From assembly GCF_001194135.2 (NCBI RefSeq), contig NC_068992.1, positions 16,694,369 to 16,758,368 on the forward strand: 64,000 nt of DNA, read 5' to 3'. Origin of the DNA: Octopus bimaculoides. Taxonomy: Eukaryota. Position 1 is the stretch's first letter; each line of letters starts with the position of its first letter. The translations under genes were made by a program, and so were the position numbers. A model generated the notes under the pieces. The model made no database searches. It saw only the letters and a program-made list of their open reading frames with translations, and was not told where the DNA came from. Shown one piece after another: positions 40,456-53,036 of the stretch.

Positions 40456-42769
40456 ACAATTTGCAATTAATACAGATAGTTCTTCTGCCTTAAGTAGACA
40501 ATCTCCCCTAAAAATGTGTTTCACTAAGCCTTCACTATGGACAAAAATGCATTTGATTCTGACTTGTCACAATATTTTGTGCTCAAGTCAATCAATTAAA
40601 GTTGATTATATATATCCCATGACTCTTGATACGTTATATGTTGGTTGTAGAAAAAGATTTGATTTTATTCGCGCCATCTTGTACAAAATACCTACTGCCA
40701 TCCATAATTGCACAACGAAGAGGTAAATCAATTTATATCCGCATGTTCCCATCCTTATAATTGAAAGTAGAGCAAATATACACGATCACACGTTACATTA
40801 TTGGTTCATCATAGAAAAGTTATATTGTGACTTTAATATAGGAAAGCATTAGATTTCATTACTCCCACCCTCTTGTACAAAATATTAGCTGCCCTACTTG
40901 TTAACCTTGGTATTATCAGTAGGAGCAGATTAACCATCTCGACCTTGTAACTGAAAGTTTACACCCTTATGAATGAAAGGACATCTTATATTTCCGGCGA
41001 TACCAATATTTTGAGTAATCACCTGTTCGTCTTTCTGACCGTAATGTCACTAAATCCTTTGTCATTTCGTTTGCCAGTGAAATGCGAGAATAAGCACTTC
41101 TTCGTAAACAATGATATGTTCATCGAAAGTCTCTGCTTCCCATGTCCACATAAAATATAATACAAACACTGTGGTATATTGTCGGATATCTGTACTGCAA
41201 CAGGATATGGATTGATGAAATATTAGTAAACTAATCCACATTTAACTCCTTGCTGATCTATGTAAGAAATTTTTTTCTTTAGTAATAAAACTTATATGTG
41301 CTTGGCATGAACAAAAAAACATCTGGAACGTTGATATTGATACTATACCCGGTGAAAGATAGAAGCTGAACAGCAGTTTAAACATCATTTGAAGACCATT
41401 TGAAGGTCAATCAGAAAACACCTGAAAGTATAAGCATTCAAAAGCGAAAGCAGAAAGTTGTGGAGTCGGGAGGGGAGCAATCACTTGTCCATGATCTTTC
41501 ACAAACACCTAAGAGAGAAAAATTTACCAAACTGCAAAATATTGCGCATAGATATGCTGCCAAATTACCCAGGATCATATTACTATAGAAACAGACTAAA
41601 AATGGATAGTCTCTGTTTGATGCTCGTCCGTTCAATTACAGCACGATATCTATCATTGGCTATTTGGTTGCTAGCTTCAGGTACGGCACTGTATTCTTGA
41701 TGAAATGGCATACAATGTTTTCAGTATGAAACACAATTCGGTAACGGTCAGAGAAAGTATATTGCTCCCATACATATATATATATATCAATACAAGTAAA
41801 TTCGATGTTACTTTCTTAGTAACCGTCGCTAAGTTCAAAGACATACGAAGTTCTAATGTAAACGTTTAGTATCGAACAGAAAAATTACATGTAGCTATGT
41901 GTGTGAATTACATTACTCATGTGAACACTGCATTCTGAATTATTAGCAATAAAATATGTAGGGAAATCTGTATCGAAACGTTGTGTATTTCTCAGAAGAT
42001 TGATATTTTATATCTGTAACATTGACTTTTGCTACACTCGTCAATGTTAAAAAGCGCGTTTTTGATAATCAAAAAAAAGTAGTACAAATCTGCAAGATTA
42101 TATAACATGATACATTTCCCTTGAAGGTGACGAGCTACAGAATCGTTACTGCGCCGGGAAAAATGATTACCGACATTCCGTCCGTCTTGCTCTCTCGGTG
42201 AAAATCTGACTAGGTCCATTTTGTTTTTCATCCTTTCGGACACGATGAAGTAAGTACCAGTGGACTGAGTGGACTGGAGTCACGTCAAATGAAGTGCTTT
42301 GCTCAAGAAGGCAACGCACCTCTCAGTCAGCAATTCGAGCCCACGATCTAGAGATCGTGAGTATAAGACCCTAACCTCAAGGCTATGCACCTTCACACAT
42401 GCGCCCGCGCTATATTTCTTGACATACGAATATTTTTGACATTAACAGTATTTCAGTAACTGAAACTAACCAGTCTCGCTAATCCATCGAAAATCTGGTG
42501 CAAAATGATATAGCAAAAATAGAGACAATAGGACGACTGAAATCACCATTATTCATAATTTACATATAATCGTGCTGAAATTAATCTCACTAAGCTCTCA
42601 CAAACACTATTAAACAAGTGGGTGCTTTTGACGGAAGAAGGAACAAACCAACCACTGTGTTGTTAAAAAGTATTGATGATATCACAATATGAAGATATGT
42701 TATATCACGCTTTGATCAACTACTCCCTGTCCGTATATTGCGTGTAGCATTCTGAACTAATAGTTGTTG

Positions 42770-43043
42770 ATGTTGGCACACTATCGCTTACGACGTTGAG
42801 AGTTCCGGTTGATCCGATAAACGGAACAACCTACTCGTGAATTTAACGTGCAAGTGGTTGAGCACTGCACAGACACGTGTACCCTTAACGTAGTTCTCGG
42901 GGATATTCAGCGTGACACAGTGTGACAAGGCTGACCCTTTGAATTACAGGCACAACAGAAACAGGAAGTAAGAGTGAAAGAAAGTTGTGGTGAAAGAGTA
43001 GAGCAGGGTTCGCCACCATCCCCTGCCAGAGTCTCGTGGAGCT
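42770..43043. mobile_element. Probable interspersed repeat (SINE-like), cut off by an assembly gap
   Basis: An abrupt GC-richer block that resembles, from memory, a common octopus repeat. No second copy was seen in this window. Confidence 0.45.
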
Positions 43044-44202
43044 NNNNNNNNNNNNNNNNNNNNNNNNNNNNNNNNNNNNNNNNNNNNNNNNNNNNNNNNN
43101 NNNNNNNNNNNNNNNNNNNNNNNNNNNNNNNNNNNNNNNNNNNNNNNNNNNNNNNNNNNNNNNNNNNNNNNNNNNNNNNNNNNNNNNNNNNNNNNNNNNN
43201 NNNNNNNNNNNNNNNNNNNNNNNNNNNNNNNNNNNNNNNNNNNNNNNNNNNNNNNNNNNNNNNNNNNNNNNNNNNNNNNNNNNNNNNNNNNNNNNNNNNN
43301 NNNNNNNNNNNNNNNNNNNNNNNNNNNNNNNNNNNNNNNNNNNNNNNNNNNNNNNNNNNNNNNNNNNNNNNNNNNNNNNNNNNNNNNNNNNNNNNNNNNN
43401 NNNNNNNNNNNNNNNNNNNNNNNNNNNNNNNNNNNNNNNNNNNNNNNNNNNNNNNNNNNNNNNNNNNNNNNNNNNNNNNNNNNNNNNNNNNNNNNNNNNN
43501 NNNNNNNNNNNNNNNNNNNNNNNNNNNNNNNNNNNNNNNNNNNNNNNNNNNNNNNNNNNNNNNNNNNNNNNNNNNNNNNNNNNNNNNNNNNNNNNNNNNN
43601 NNNNNNNNNNNNNNNNNATATATATTTATATATGTATGTGTGTGCGTGTCAGCGTGTATGTGTGTGCATATGTATATATGTGTACGCGTATATATTATGT
43701 AAATGAGTGTAGGACTGTGTCCGGTGCATAAGTGAGACTTTCATGCACACGCCCCCATCTTTTTACGGATATGGCTATGCTCTTATATCTGTGGTTGTAG
43801 GTGTGTGATAGGAGGATATATATGTATAAATATATGTTTGTACATATGTACATATATGTATATACGTATATGCGAGAATATATATACATGCGTACGTATA
43901 AATACTCGTGTGTTTGTGTGTGTGCGTGTGTGTGAGTGTGTTTGCAAGCAGTATGTTATGCGTATGCAAGAGATTCCAAATCATGATTGGGATCAATATT
44001 ATTCCGATCTTCTTCCTTCAAATCCACTTTATCCTAGTTATCTTTAAAACCATCATATTCGCCATTTAGTTGTCTTTAACACCGACATAACTATATATCA
44101 TAGGCATCAACATTATGCAATTTATCACATCGGTATTGATATCATCACAACTATTACTGCTACAACTGCGACTATTATCATCATCTTCATTATTCATCAT
44201 AA

Positions 44203-44229
44203 ACACACACACACACACGCACACACACA

Positions 44230-44298
<69 letters not shown>

Positions 44299-44305
44299 AC
44301 ACGCA
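44203..44305 (+). repeat. (CA)n microsatellite
   Basis: Directly visible. Confidence 0.95.
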
Positions 44306-44764
44306 CACATGTTTTCGCACCAGAGTGCGAACTGAGCGATTATTTTTCTTTACCAACATGCGAACTGCAACCTTTTCAAGTTGACCAATAAAATGACTTT
44401 CAAGACTTTCTCTAAATATCTTCCTTGAAAGTACGCCCATGGTTTCGACGTAAAGAAATGGCGACGTTGGTGTTTCCTAAGTTTTATCTTGGTTTCTCTA
44501 TTATTAATTATACTGTTGGATAAAGAAATCAAACAACATAAACAAATAACATAAGATAACGTCACTGATTCCGAGAATGTGATTATGAAGGTGATGATGC
44601 TCACGAAGTTTATGGTGACAATATTTCTGATAACGTTAACATAAGACTAACATATTCAGTAACAATAATAAATTTAATTTATCCTCAACAATTTTTAGTT
44701 TTACCAATTTTGAATATATCGCTCATGTTTAAATCCTACCTAATTGACAATTGCATTTCTAACT

Positions 44765-45129
44765 CTGCCTTAACTTCTGGGACTCACATTTGTGTGCATC
44801 GATGGTGTTAAACCTCCGTTAACACCACCGTATACAGGTCCTTTCCGTTTTCTGTCACGCACAGATAATTTTTTTTTATTATTATTGTAGACCTTAATGG
44901 CCGTAAAGACACTATATCAGTCGATAGATTAAAAATGCTTCATAGAGAAAACTTTTCCTGTTGCCACTGCAGGCGACACACATACAGCATTACAAACACA
45001 GTTCGTACACCCACCTTCATATACAATGGCCACCATTGGGATCGATCAGGTACCGGACAAGAATTCTGGACTATTTTCCCGGGGGTTTTTTTTCACCTAA
45101 TTGTTGAGAGCGGTCGGGTTCATTCTTAG
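44765..45129 (+). mobile_element. Gypsy/Ty3 LTR-retrotransposon integrase C-terminal relic (GPY/F module)
   Basis: With frameshifts it reads ALTSGTHI..DGVKPPLTPPYTGPFRFLSRTDNFF/IIVDLNGRKDTISVDRLK...SGRVH, typical of the Gypsy integrase tail (PPY.GPF..; NG..DTVS.DRLK; RSGR.V). Confidence 0.75.
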
Positions 45130-45261
45130 TATTCTCGTTTGTGAGAACAGTTACAGTTGAGTATATTTCAGATATTTTCATTTGACAAAAAATCATCTCT
45201 GGTCAATCGTTGAGAGGACGTTGGTGTTGCCCTGGCAGAGGTTTGCGCTCTCTGAGTGCTC

Positions 45262-45265
<4 letters not shown>

Positions 45266-45317
<52 letters not shown>

Positions 45318-45343
45318 ATTATTATTATAATTATTATTATTAT
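45266..45343 (+). repeat. (TTA)n microsatellite
   Basis: Directly visible. Confidence 0.95.
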
Positions 45344-45524
45344 TGGCAGCAAGTAAAAGACATTTTCCTTGTTGTTGTTGTTCCTGCTGTTCGAAAATCA
45401 TCATAAAGTTTGATAACCCTTCAACATAATGTAACATCACCGTTATCAGAAATAATATCACCATAAACTTCATGAGCATCATGACCTTCATAATCACATT
45501 CTCGGAATCAGCGGATGTTATCTT

Positions 45525-46040
45525 CGTTATCATCTTCATCATCATCATCATCATCATCATCATTACAATTGATAGACTTCGCCTGAATCAGAATCCTTCC
45601 AGGCAGATCATCACTCAAATCTTATCATTCCTTTTTCTCTCCTTCCCCATCACATCGTCGTTTACATATCGCATCTTCATCGATGCCGTTGCTGCCGCCA
45701 ATGCCGTCATTATCATCATCAACATCATCATCATCAACACCAGCATTATCATCATAACCTCCACCACCACCATCATCATCAGTATTATGCTCCACGCATC
45801 ATCATCATTATCATTATCGTCATCATCATCATCGACTTCATCATAACTACCATCATCACTAACGTTGCTGTCATCATCATAACCTTCACCATCACGATCA
45901 TGCGTGCGACGATGATTATCCCCGTCATCATGGTTGTCGTCGAAACGATCATCCTAATAATCACAACCATCAGAATCTCCATCATTATAATTAACATCAA
46001 CATCCTCATCATTATCACAACTGTCATCATCAACATCGTG
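45525..46040 (+). repeat. Degenerate (CAT)n low-complexity tract
   Basis: Directly visible; it produces spurious Ile- and Met-rich ORFs. Confidence 0.9.
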
Positions 46041-46794
46041 TTCATTTTCAGACAAGCTAACGTGTCTCATGTCTCAACATATTTCCGAATCTGTTTAATT
46101 GAACGACATTTTAGCTAAGCGAAGCTAATCCGGATGTTATGATTACAGTATCCCCCCCCCCGCCACCAATTCAAATATCTACGATCATTGTTCCATGAAA
46201 ATAACAGATATAATGAGCAATTTTTCTTTTCTGAAGTGTCCCCCCAACCATACCCGTGAGTCAGTCACATATGTTACGAACAATCTTACATGAGTTTAAT
46301 TATAACATATTTTAATTTGTACTTTACGAATTGGTAACATGGCTTAGATGTGCAATGCCCTGTTTGTCGAAGCTAGCCACGTTTTGCAGTCTGTTAAATC
46401 TAGTAACCTTTCACAGACAACACATCTGGTTTTTCAGCAGAAAGCATGGAATAATCGATTAAGAGTGACGTAAAACACCAGAGAACAATTTTGGTTGATA
46501 TACACAATCACAGAGTGAACATATATACATACATACACAAAAATATGGATACACACACACACACACACACATATATATACACAACTGTATTTTGTTTTTG
46601 GAAGCGTCAAATGTGTTTCATATTATACGGACAAGAAAGTAATACTTCGAATATTTCTATTATTTCCACGGCTATACCGAGAGAGGGGGTGGGGAAAGAG
46701 GTGGTATCTCAAGTTTGTACGTGCATGTATATATATTCGAATATAACATCTATTATATAACCAACAATATTGTGAAACAGCTGCAAAGGAATGA

Positions 46795-46838
<44 letters not shown>

Positions 46839-47689
46839 GTTTATTTGTGCGTGCGTGCGTGCGTGCGTGCGTGCGTGTGTGCTAGCGGGCACGCGTGTGT
46901 GCGTATGTGTGTGTGTTACTTTGTTGCGATTAAAGCATTATAGCGATATATTGTGTTTTGAAAAAATATTTATCGGTATCTCTATACGCCATTTTAGCGA
47001 CTGATACGTTTGTACACAACATTGCTTGCATATTCATTTATCTTTCACCTTCAAATCTTTTTCGATGTACTATCTTTCCCATATTCATTCTTACCCATTA
47101 CTTATATTGTAACTCCACTCGTTCAACAAGTTTGCAATTATTTCCAACTTACCAAGTGTTCTATACATACATGCATAATACATTCTTACATGTATATGTG
47201 TGTATGTTCATGTATTTATGCGTTCTAGAGTAAAGCCATAAGCAAGTTCAGAGCTTAATATTAATTAATGAATTGTACTACAGTTTAATGTCTCTGAGGA
47301 AGCTATATGATTTTACGCAGGAACTCATCTCTGTGTGCACTGTTTCTTATTACAGAAACAGCTGCAGGCAAATTAAAATGATTACTTGATTCCTGCTCCC
47401 TTTACATTCATAAAGTAATAAATATGTGAAGCACATAAATGCAAAAGAAGGTGGAAAAAATAGTCCTCGAATACCAAAGGTGGAGAAGTATGCTTTCCTA
47501 TTAAAGCTGCATAGATATTGCAAAAATGGTTACTCTGAGTCTCATGTTAATCTGAGTTTTACGTTTCACGTAAAACTCAAAGTAACACTTATGTTTTGCA
47601 GCTTTAACAAAAAGCAGTGTGTATGTATGTAAGTATGTATGTATGTATGTATATATATATAAGTGGTATCCCATGCTGGGATACAACTT

Positions 47690-48240
47690 GAAAAATTTTT
47701 AGTCGAATGAATCGAACCCAGCAGTTAATTTGTAAAGCCTCGTACTTTTTCTATCGGACTCTTAGGCCGAACCGATAACTTACGGGAACATAAACACGCC
47801 AGCACCGGTTGTCAAGCGGTGGTGGAGATACAAACACAGACACAAAGGTTCACACACACACACACATACACATACATATGTGTATACCTGTTACTATGTT
47901 ATAAGAATCTTACTTCCCAACCACATGGTTTCGGTTTCAGTATCATTGCGTAGCAACTTGCGAAAGTGTCTTCTATAGCCATATGTTGACCAAAACCTGT
48001 GTTAGTGGATGTTGTAGACGGAAACTGAAAGAAGCCCGTCGTATATATATATATGTATATGTATGTAAACGTCTATGCGTGTGTGTGTGGGGGGCTTCCG
48101 TTGACTCCCATAACCGCTTGACGACCGGTGTTGATGTAGAAGACACTAGCTATAGTAGAAGACACTTGCCAAAATTGTCACGCAGTGAGGCTGCAATTTT
48201 CTTACCACTCAGCCACGCCCACTTGCCCGCCCGCCTGCGC
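47690..48240. mobile_element. Nested opposite-orientation copies of the composite SINE
   Basis: Minus-strand tail (47690-47850) and head (48140-48240) are interrupted by a plus-strand head, microsatellite and partial tail (47895-48137). Confidence 0.7.
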
Positions 48241-48259
48241 GCTGGCGTGCACGTGTGTG

Positions 48260-48311
<52 letters not shown>

Positions 48312-48313
48312 TG

Positions 48314-48347
<34 letters not shown>

Positions 48348-51300
48348 ACAGAACTGTATCTATGTATATATTATTTTATTTTATAATGGAAACAACTTTG
48401 ATTTTCAAATTTACCTTTACTGGCTTAGATATCTTTCTTTGCTAATTGCTACTTCTACCTGATAACTTACTATCTAATTGCACTTTAATTACATCTTATC
48501 ATACAATTTGTGTCCCTTGTAATTTAATTTGTTATATTATCGGAAAGTAATTTAATACACCGCGCGAAAAAACATGCATACAAGCGTACACACATACATA
48601 CATACACACATTTGTACATGTGCATATATATATATAAGTATACAGACACACACACACACACACACACAGACACACACACACACACACAGACACACACACA
48701 CACACAAACACACACACACNNNNNNNNNNNNNNNNNNNNNNNNNNNNNNNNNNNNNNNNNNNNNNNNNNNNNNNNNNNNNNNNNNNNNNNNNNNNNNNNN
48801 NNNNNNNNNNNNNNNNNNNNNNNNNNNNNNNNNNNNNNNNNNNNNNNNNNNNNNNNNNNNNNNNNNNNNNNNNNNNNNNNNNNNNNNNNNNNNNNNNNNN
48901 NNNNNNNNNNNNNNNNNNNNNNNNNNNNNNNNNNNNNNNNNNNNNNNNNNNNNNNNNNNNNNNNNNNNNNNNNNNNNNNNNNNNNNNNNNNNNNNNNNNN
49001 NNNNNNNNNNNNNNNNNNNNNNNNNNNNNNNNNNNNNNNNNNNNNNNNNNNNNNNNNNNNNNNNNNNNNNNNNNNNNNNNNNNNNNNNNNNNNNNNNNNN
49101 NNNNNNNNNNNNNNNNNNNNNNNNNNNNNNNNNNNNNNNNNNNNNNNNNNNNNNNNNNNNNNNNNNNNNNNNNNNNNNNNNNNNNNNNNNNNNNNNNNNN
49201 NNNNNNNNNNNNNNNNNNNNNNNNNNNNNNNNNNNNNNNNNNNNNNNNNNNNNNNNNNNNNNNNNNNNNNNNNNNNNNNNNNNNNNNNNNNNNNNNNNNN
49301 NNNNNNNNNNNNNNNNNNNNNNNNNNNNNNNNNNNNNNNNNNNNNNNNNNNNNNNNNNNNNNNNNNNNNNNNNNNNNNNNNNNNNNNNNNNNNNNNNNNN
49401 NNNNNNNNNNNNNNNNNNNNNNNNNNNNNNNNNNNNNNNNNNNNNNNNNNNNNNNNNNNNNNNNNNNNNNNNNNNNNNNNNNNNNNNNNNNNNNNNNNNN
49501 NNNNNNNNNNNNNNNNNNNNNNNNNNNNNNNNNNNNNNNNNNNNNNNNNNNNNNNNNNNNNNNNNNNNNNNNNNNNNNNNNNNNNNNNNNNNNNNNNNNN
49601 NNNNNNNNNNNNNNNNNNNNNNNNNNNNNNNNNNNNNNNNNNNNNNNNNNNNNNNNNNNNNNNNNNNNNNNNNNNNNNNNNNNNNNNNNNNNNNNNNNNN
49701 NNNNNNNNNNCATCAGTGGTCCTTTGTTTCCTTCCTTCTTATGGCTGATATTTAGCAAGGTGAGACACACATAAGAAGGAAGGAAACAAAGGACCACTGA
49801 TGAGGTCACAGAAGTGTGACGAAAGAACTCTGGCCGAAATAAGATTAAGATTAATGTAATATAAAGCTGAAGCAAATTAACACCAAATATACAGTGCGTG
49901 TGTTTTTATTGGCTAAACTGGCAATATGACCAACCCCAAGTACAACAACATATATATATATGTATATATGCATATATGCATATATATATATATGTATGTA
50001 TATTTATATGTATTCATGAATATATAAATGTATGTATGAACGTATGTGTATGGTGTAAGTATATACATATGTATATATATATATATATATNNNNNNNNNN
50101 NNNNNNNNNNNNNNCATATATGCATATATATATATATGTATGTATGTATGTATGTATATATATACACATATATGTTGGTGCGTAATATGAAAAATGGCAG
50201 ACCTCTATAAGGGAAGGTTACAAGAAACCTTCTAATTATCTAATTATCATACTTATTTATTAATTCATGTGTGTTTATCTTATATATATATTTTTCGTTT
50301 AACGCGTATTTAGACTAAGTATCTTTATCCGTTACTTTCCGATGCGTTCCGAGATAAAACGCCACCAATATCCTATTAGATTTGGTAGATGCTTAATTTC
50401 ATGCTCTGTGTGTTTGCCAATACGCTGTGGAAATCCGCCAAAATATAACTTTCGATATGGTCTTTTGTTCAGCACTGTAGCAGTGATGAGTACTGCTTAC
50501 CCTATAAAAATAGATGAACTGGATGGAATTTTCCCACAAATCACTTTTGTTTTACGTTAAATCAATGAGATATCATGATATCTTGCGAGAAACCTGGTGT
50601 AAAAATCATAAAGGCGATTCCGAAGTTCCTTCTTCGCAGTTAAGGAACTTCGAAGTTCATACGTGTGTAATTCAGGGAAATATCCACTGCATATCTATAT
50701 AGATATTCGGATTCGAGTGAGCTACTTTGGTTAATAATAATAAGTTTACATATTATAAACCCTGGTGTCAAAAGATAGAATTCATTGTATATCTGATATT
50801 ACAAGCGTTTGAAGATCGTATACCACCTTTCACTCTTCATTAACATACAATAACCAGCAAGCAATAGAGAAATCGCCCGCCAAATCTTCTGTCTCCATAA
50901 ACAATGCAAATGTTGCAATTGATAACCATTATCGTTACATGTTTTTATATTTTCGCTGTCGGGTCAAGAAATTTAAGAAAAATGCGAACTAGAGACAAAC
51001 AAAGGAATCTAAGTAGAATGATGAATTCTTTTTGCCGTTTCACTTCATTTCCATCAACACGTTATCCGATATACAGTGGAGTGTGATCGAACTGGCAATA
51101 CTTAGCATCATATTTGTCATTTTATTCATAAATCTAAACCTTCAATAATGCTATATGTTTTCTGCTGTCAACTTTTCTTATTGTTATATTATATATCGGA
51201 AACAGAAAACAGTAGCAGTTTGAAAAATGCTCCAATGCTAACAGATAAACAAGAAAAATCTATCAAGTACTTGAGCGACGTGCTTACATGCGAAAAATAC

Positions 51301-51600
51301 TAAATTTATTTCAGATTAATCATCTTGCGCTAAATTGGACGTTGCAAGTTTTTCGATGTAGAATTCCTGAAATAATCAAAAACAAATGAAGCGACTGTCT
51401 CACTTGAGGGAATGGAAAATATCCTCTATACCGTATAGTATTGATTTAATCGTGTGTATGAGAGCTTTCCTTACGATTCTTTTTATTGCAGCCACCCGTT
51501 CATTTACTTCCCATGTCTTTTCAAATATTGTGACAGAATCTTTTTCTAATGTATTTCCTTGAGATAGTCTCCAAATAAAGATGATTAAAAACCAACATAC

Positions 51601-51788
51601 CTTTTCTTCGTTGTCTATTTCGTAGAAAGGATCTTTGTTGTATAATAACTCCCACATAAATACACCAAATGAATAAACATCAGATGCCGTGGAAAAGCAG
51701 CGATCTTCTTCTCTGGCTCTGGGATTGCGAAGAACTTCCGGCGCAGTCCACCGTACAGAAGGAGCGCATGCGCTGAGATGCTTTTGAC
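51601..51788 (-). CDS. Protein kinase exon (subdomains VIII-IX): (C)QKHLSACAPSVRWTAPEVLRNPRAREEDRCFSTASDVYSFGVFMWELLYNKDPFYEIDNEEK
   Basis: Acceptor ttttcttaaag| and donor AAG|gtatgt. 188 nt = 2 + 62 codons. Contains the RWTAPE and SDVYSFG.FMWEL motifs typical of TK/TKL kinases. Confidence 0.96.
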
Positions 51789-52736
51789 CTTTAAGAAAAC
51801 ACGAACAACAGAAATGAAATATCGTTACAAGTATTCGGCAAATAGAAATTTACACAAACATACAATCGTAGACATACGCACACACATAAACATACATATA
51901 CACATTTATATGCATATGCGTATATATATATTTTGTGCGAGCGTGAATATATATTTATATATAGAGATTTGTACACACACTCACAGACACACATATATAT
52001 ATAAGAATATGGGTATTAATGTGTGTGAGTGTGTGGTGGGGCGAACTGGCACAGTAATGAGAGTGTACAATACAACGCCTAGTGGTATTTGTTTCTACTT
52101 GCTAGAGTCAAATCCTGCTGAATTCAATATTTCCATCCTCTCGGGGACAATAGTGTAATGCCACCCGAAAATATGGTGAACAGAAAATATGGTGAGAAAC
52201 ATTGCTTTATCAGTTTGGCTCTGTATTCTCAGGCAGAAACATCTGTAACGTCAGAGGTTCAGAGGTGTATCGCTCCTTTGTGGTCTTTACTTTGGATCAA
52301 TATTTATTTCGTGCAATTGCTGGGGCAATTGCCACTTTTCCACACACACAGTTTTGCCAAAACCTGCACTGTCACCAATGAGTATTCCACTTTTTCTCCC
52401 CCACCTCTCTCTCTCTGTAGACGTGTGTGTGTATTCGTTTGATCTATGCATCAAACGAAATATTACTGCAAAATAGTAATGTGTTTACCATACTTAATGC
52501 AGGTACATTAGGGAATGCACGTTAACTGTTATATTCGTCCTGAGATACTATCTCCTATAGACGTAGAGTGTCAAACAGCACAAAGGTATATCAGTAACAT
52601 CAGCGAAAGCATGGCATGCCTAATTGCGCGTCTCTGCCTATTTGATGCTGGTCAGTAAATAGTAACCACTAACATCTGCATGTTACGACAAAAACTTCCA
52701 TCGTCACTGATTTAGAAAAACATTGACATTACTTAC

Positions 52737-52806
52737 AAGCACAATCCTCTTTGTTGCACTCTTCCCGCAAAGGCTGTAGGAGTTTTGTTATTCCAAAATC
52801 TGCAAC
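52737..52806 (-). CDS. Protein kinase exon (subdomain VII, DFG, and start of the activation segment): VADFGITKLLQPLREECNKEDCA
   Basis: Acceptor ttgtag|GTT and donor GCTT|gtaagt. 70 nt, phase 0 in and phase 1 out. Contains VADFG. The last T joins the GT of the next exon to give Cys in frame. Confidence 0.93.
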
Positions 52807-52834
52807 CTACAATTAGTAATATCATAATCTTCGT

Positions 52835-52847
52835 AATAATAATAATG

Positions 52848-52942
<95 letters not shown>

Positions 52943-52997
52943 TATAGTTATAATATTAATAATAATAATAGTTATAATAATAATAATAATGATAATA

Positions 52998-53035
<38 letters not shown>

Positions 53036-53036
53036 T
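52835..53036 (+). repeat. Long (TAA)n microsatellite next to the acceptor of the DFG exon
   Basis: About 200 bp, with a few substitutions. Confidence 0.97.

Noticed and set aside
33070-52806. Receptor guanylyl cyclase (kinase-homology domain) assignment
   Set aside because: The frame terminates after the kinase domain and no cyclase exons were found downstream.
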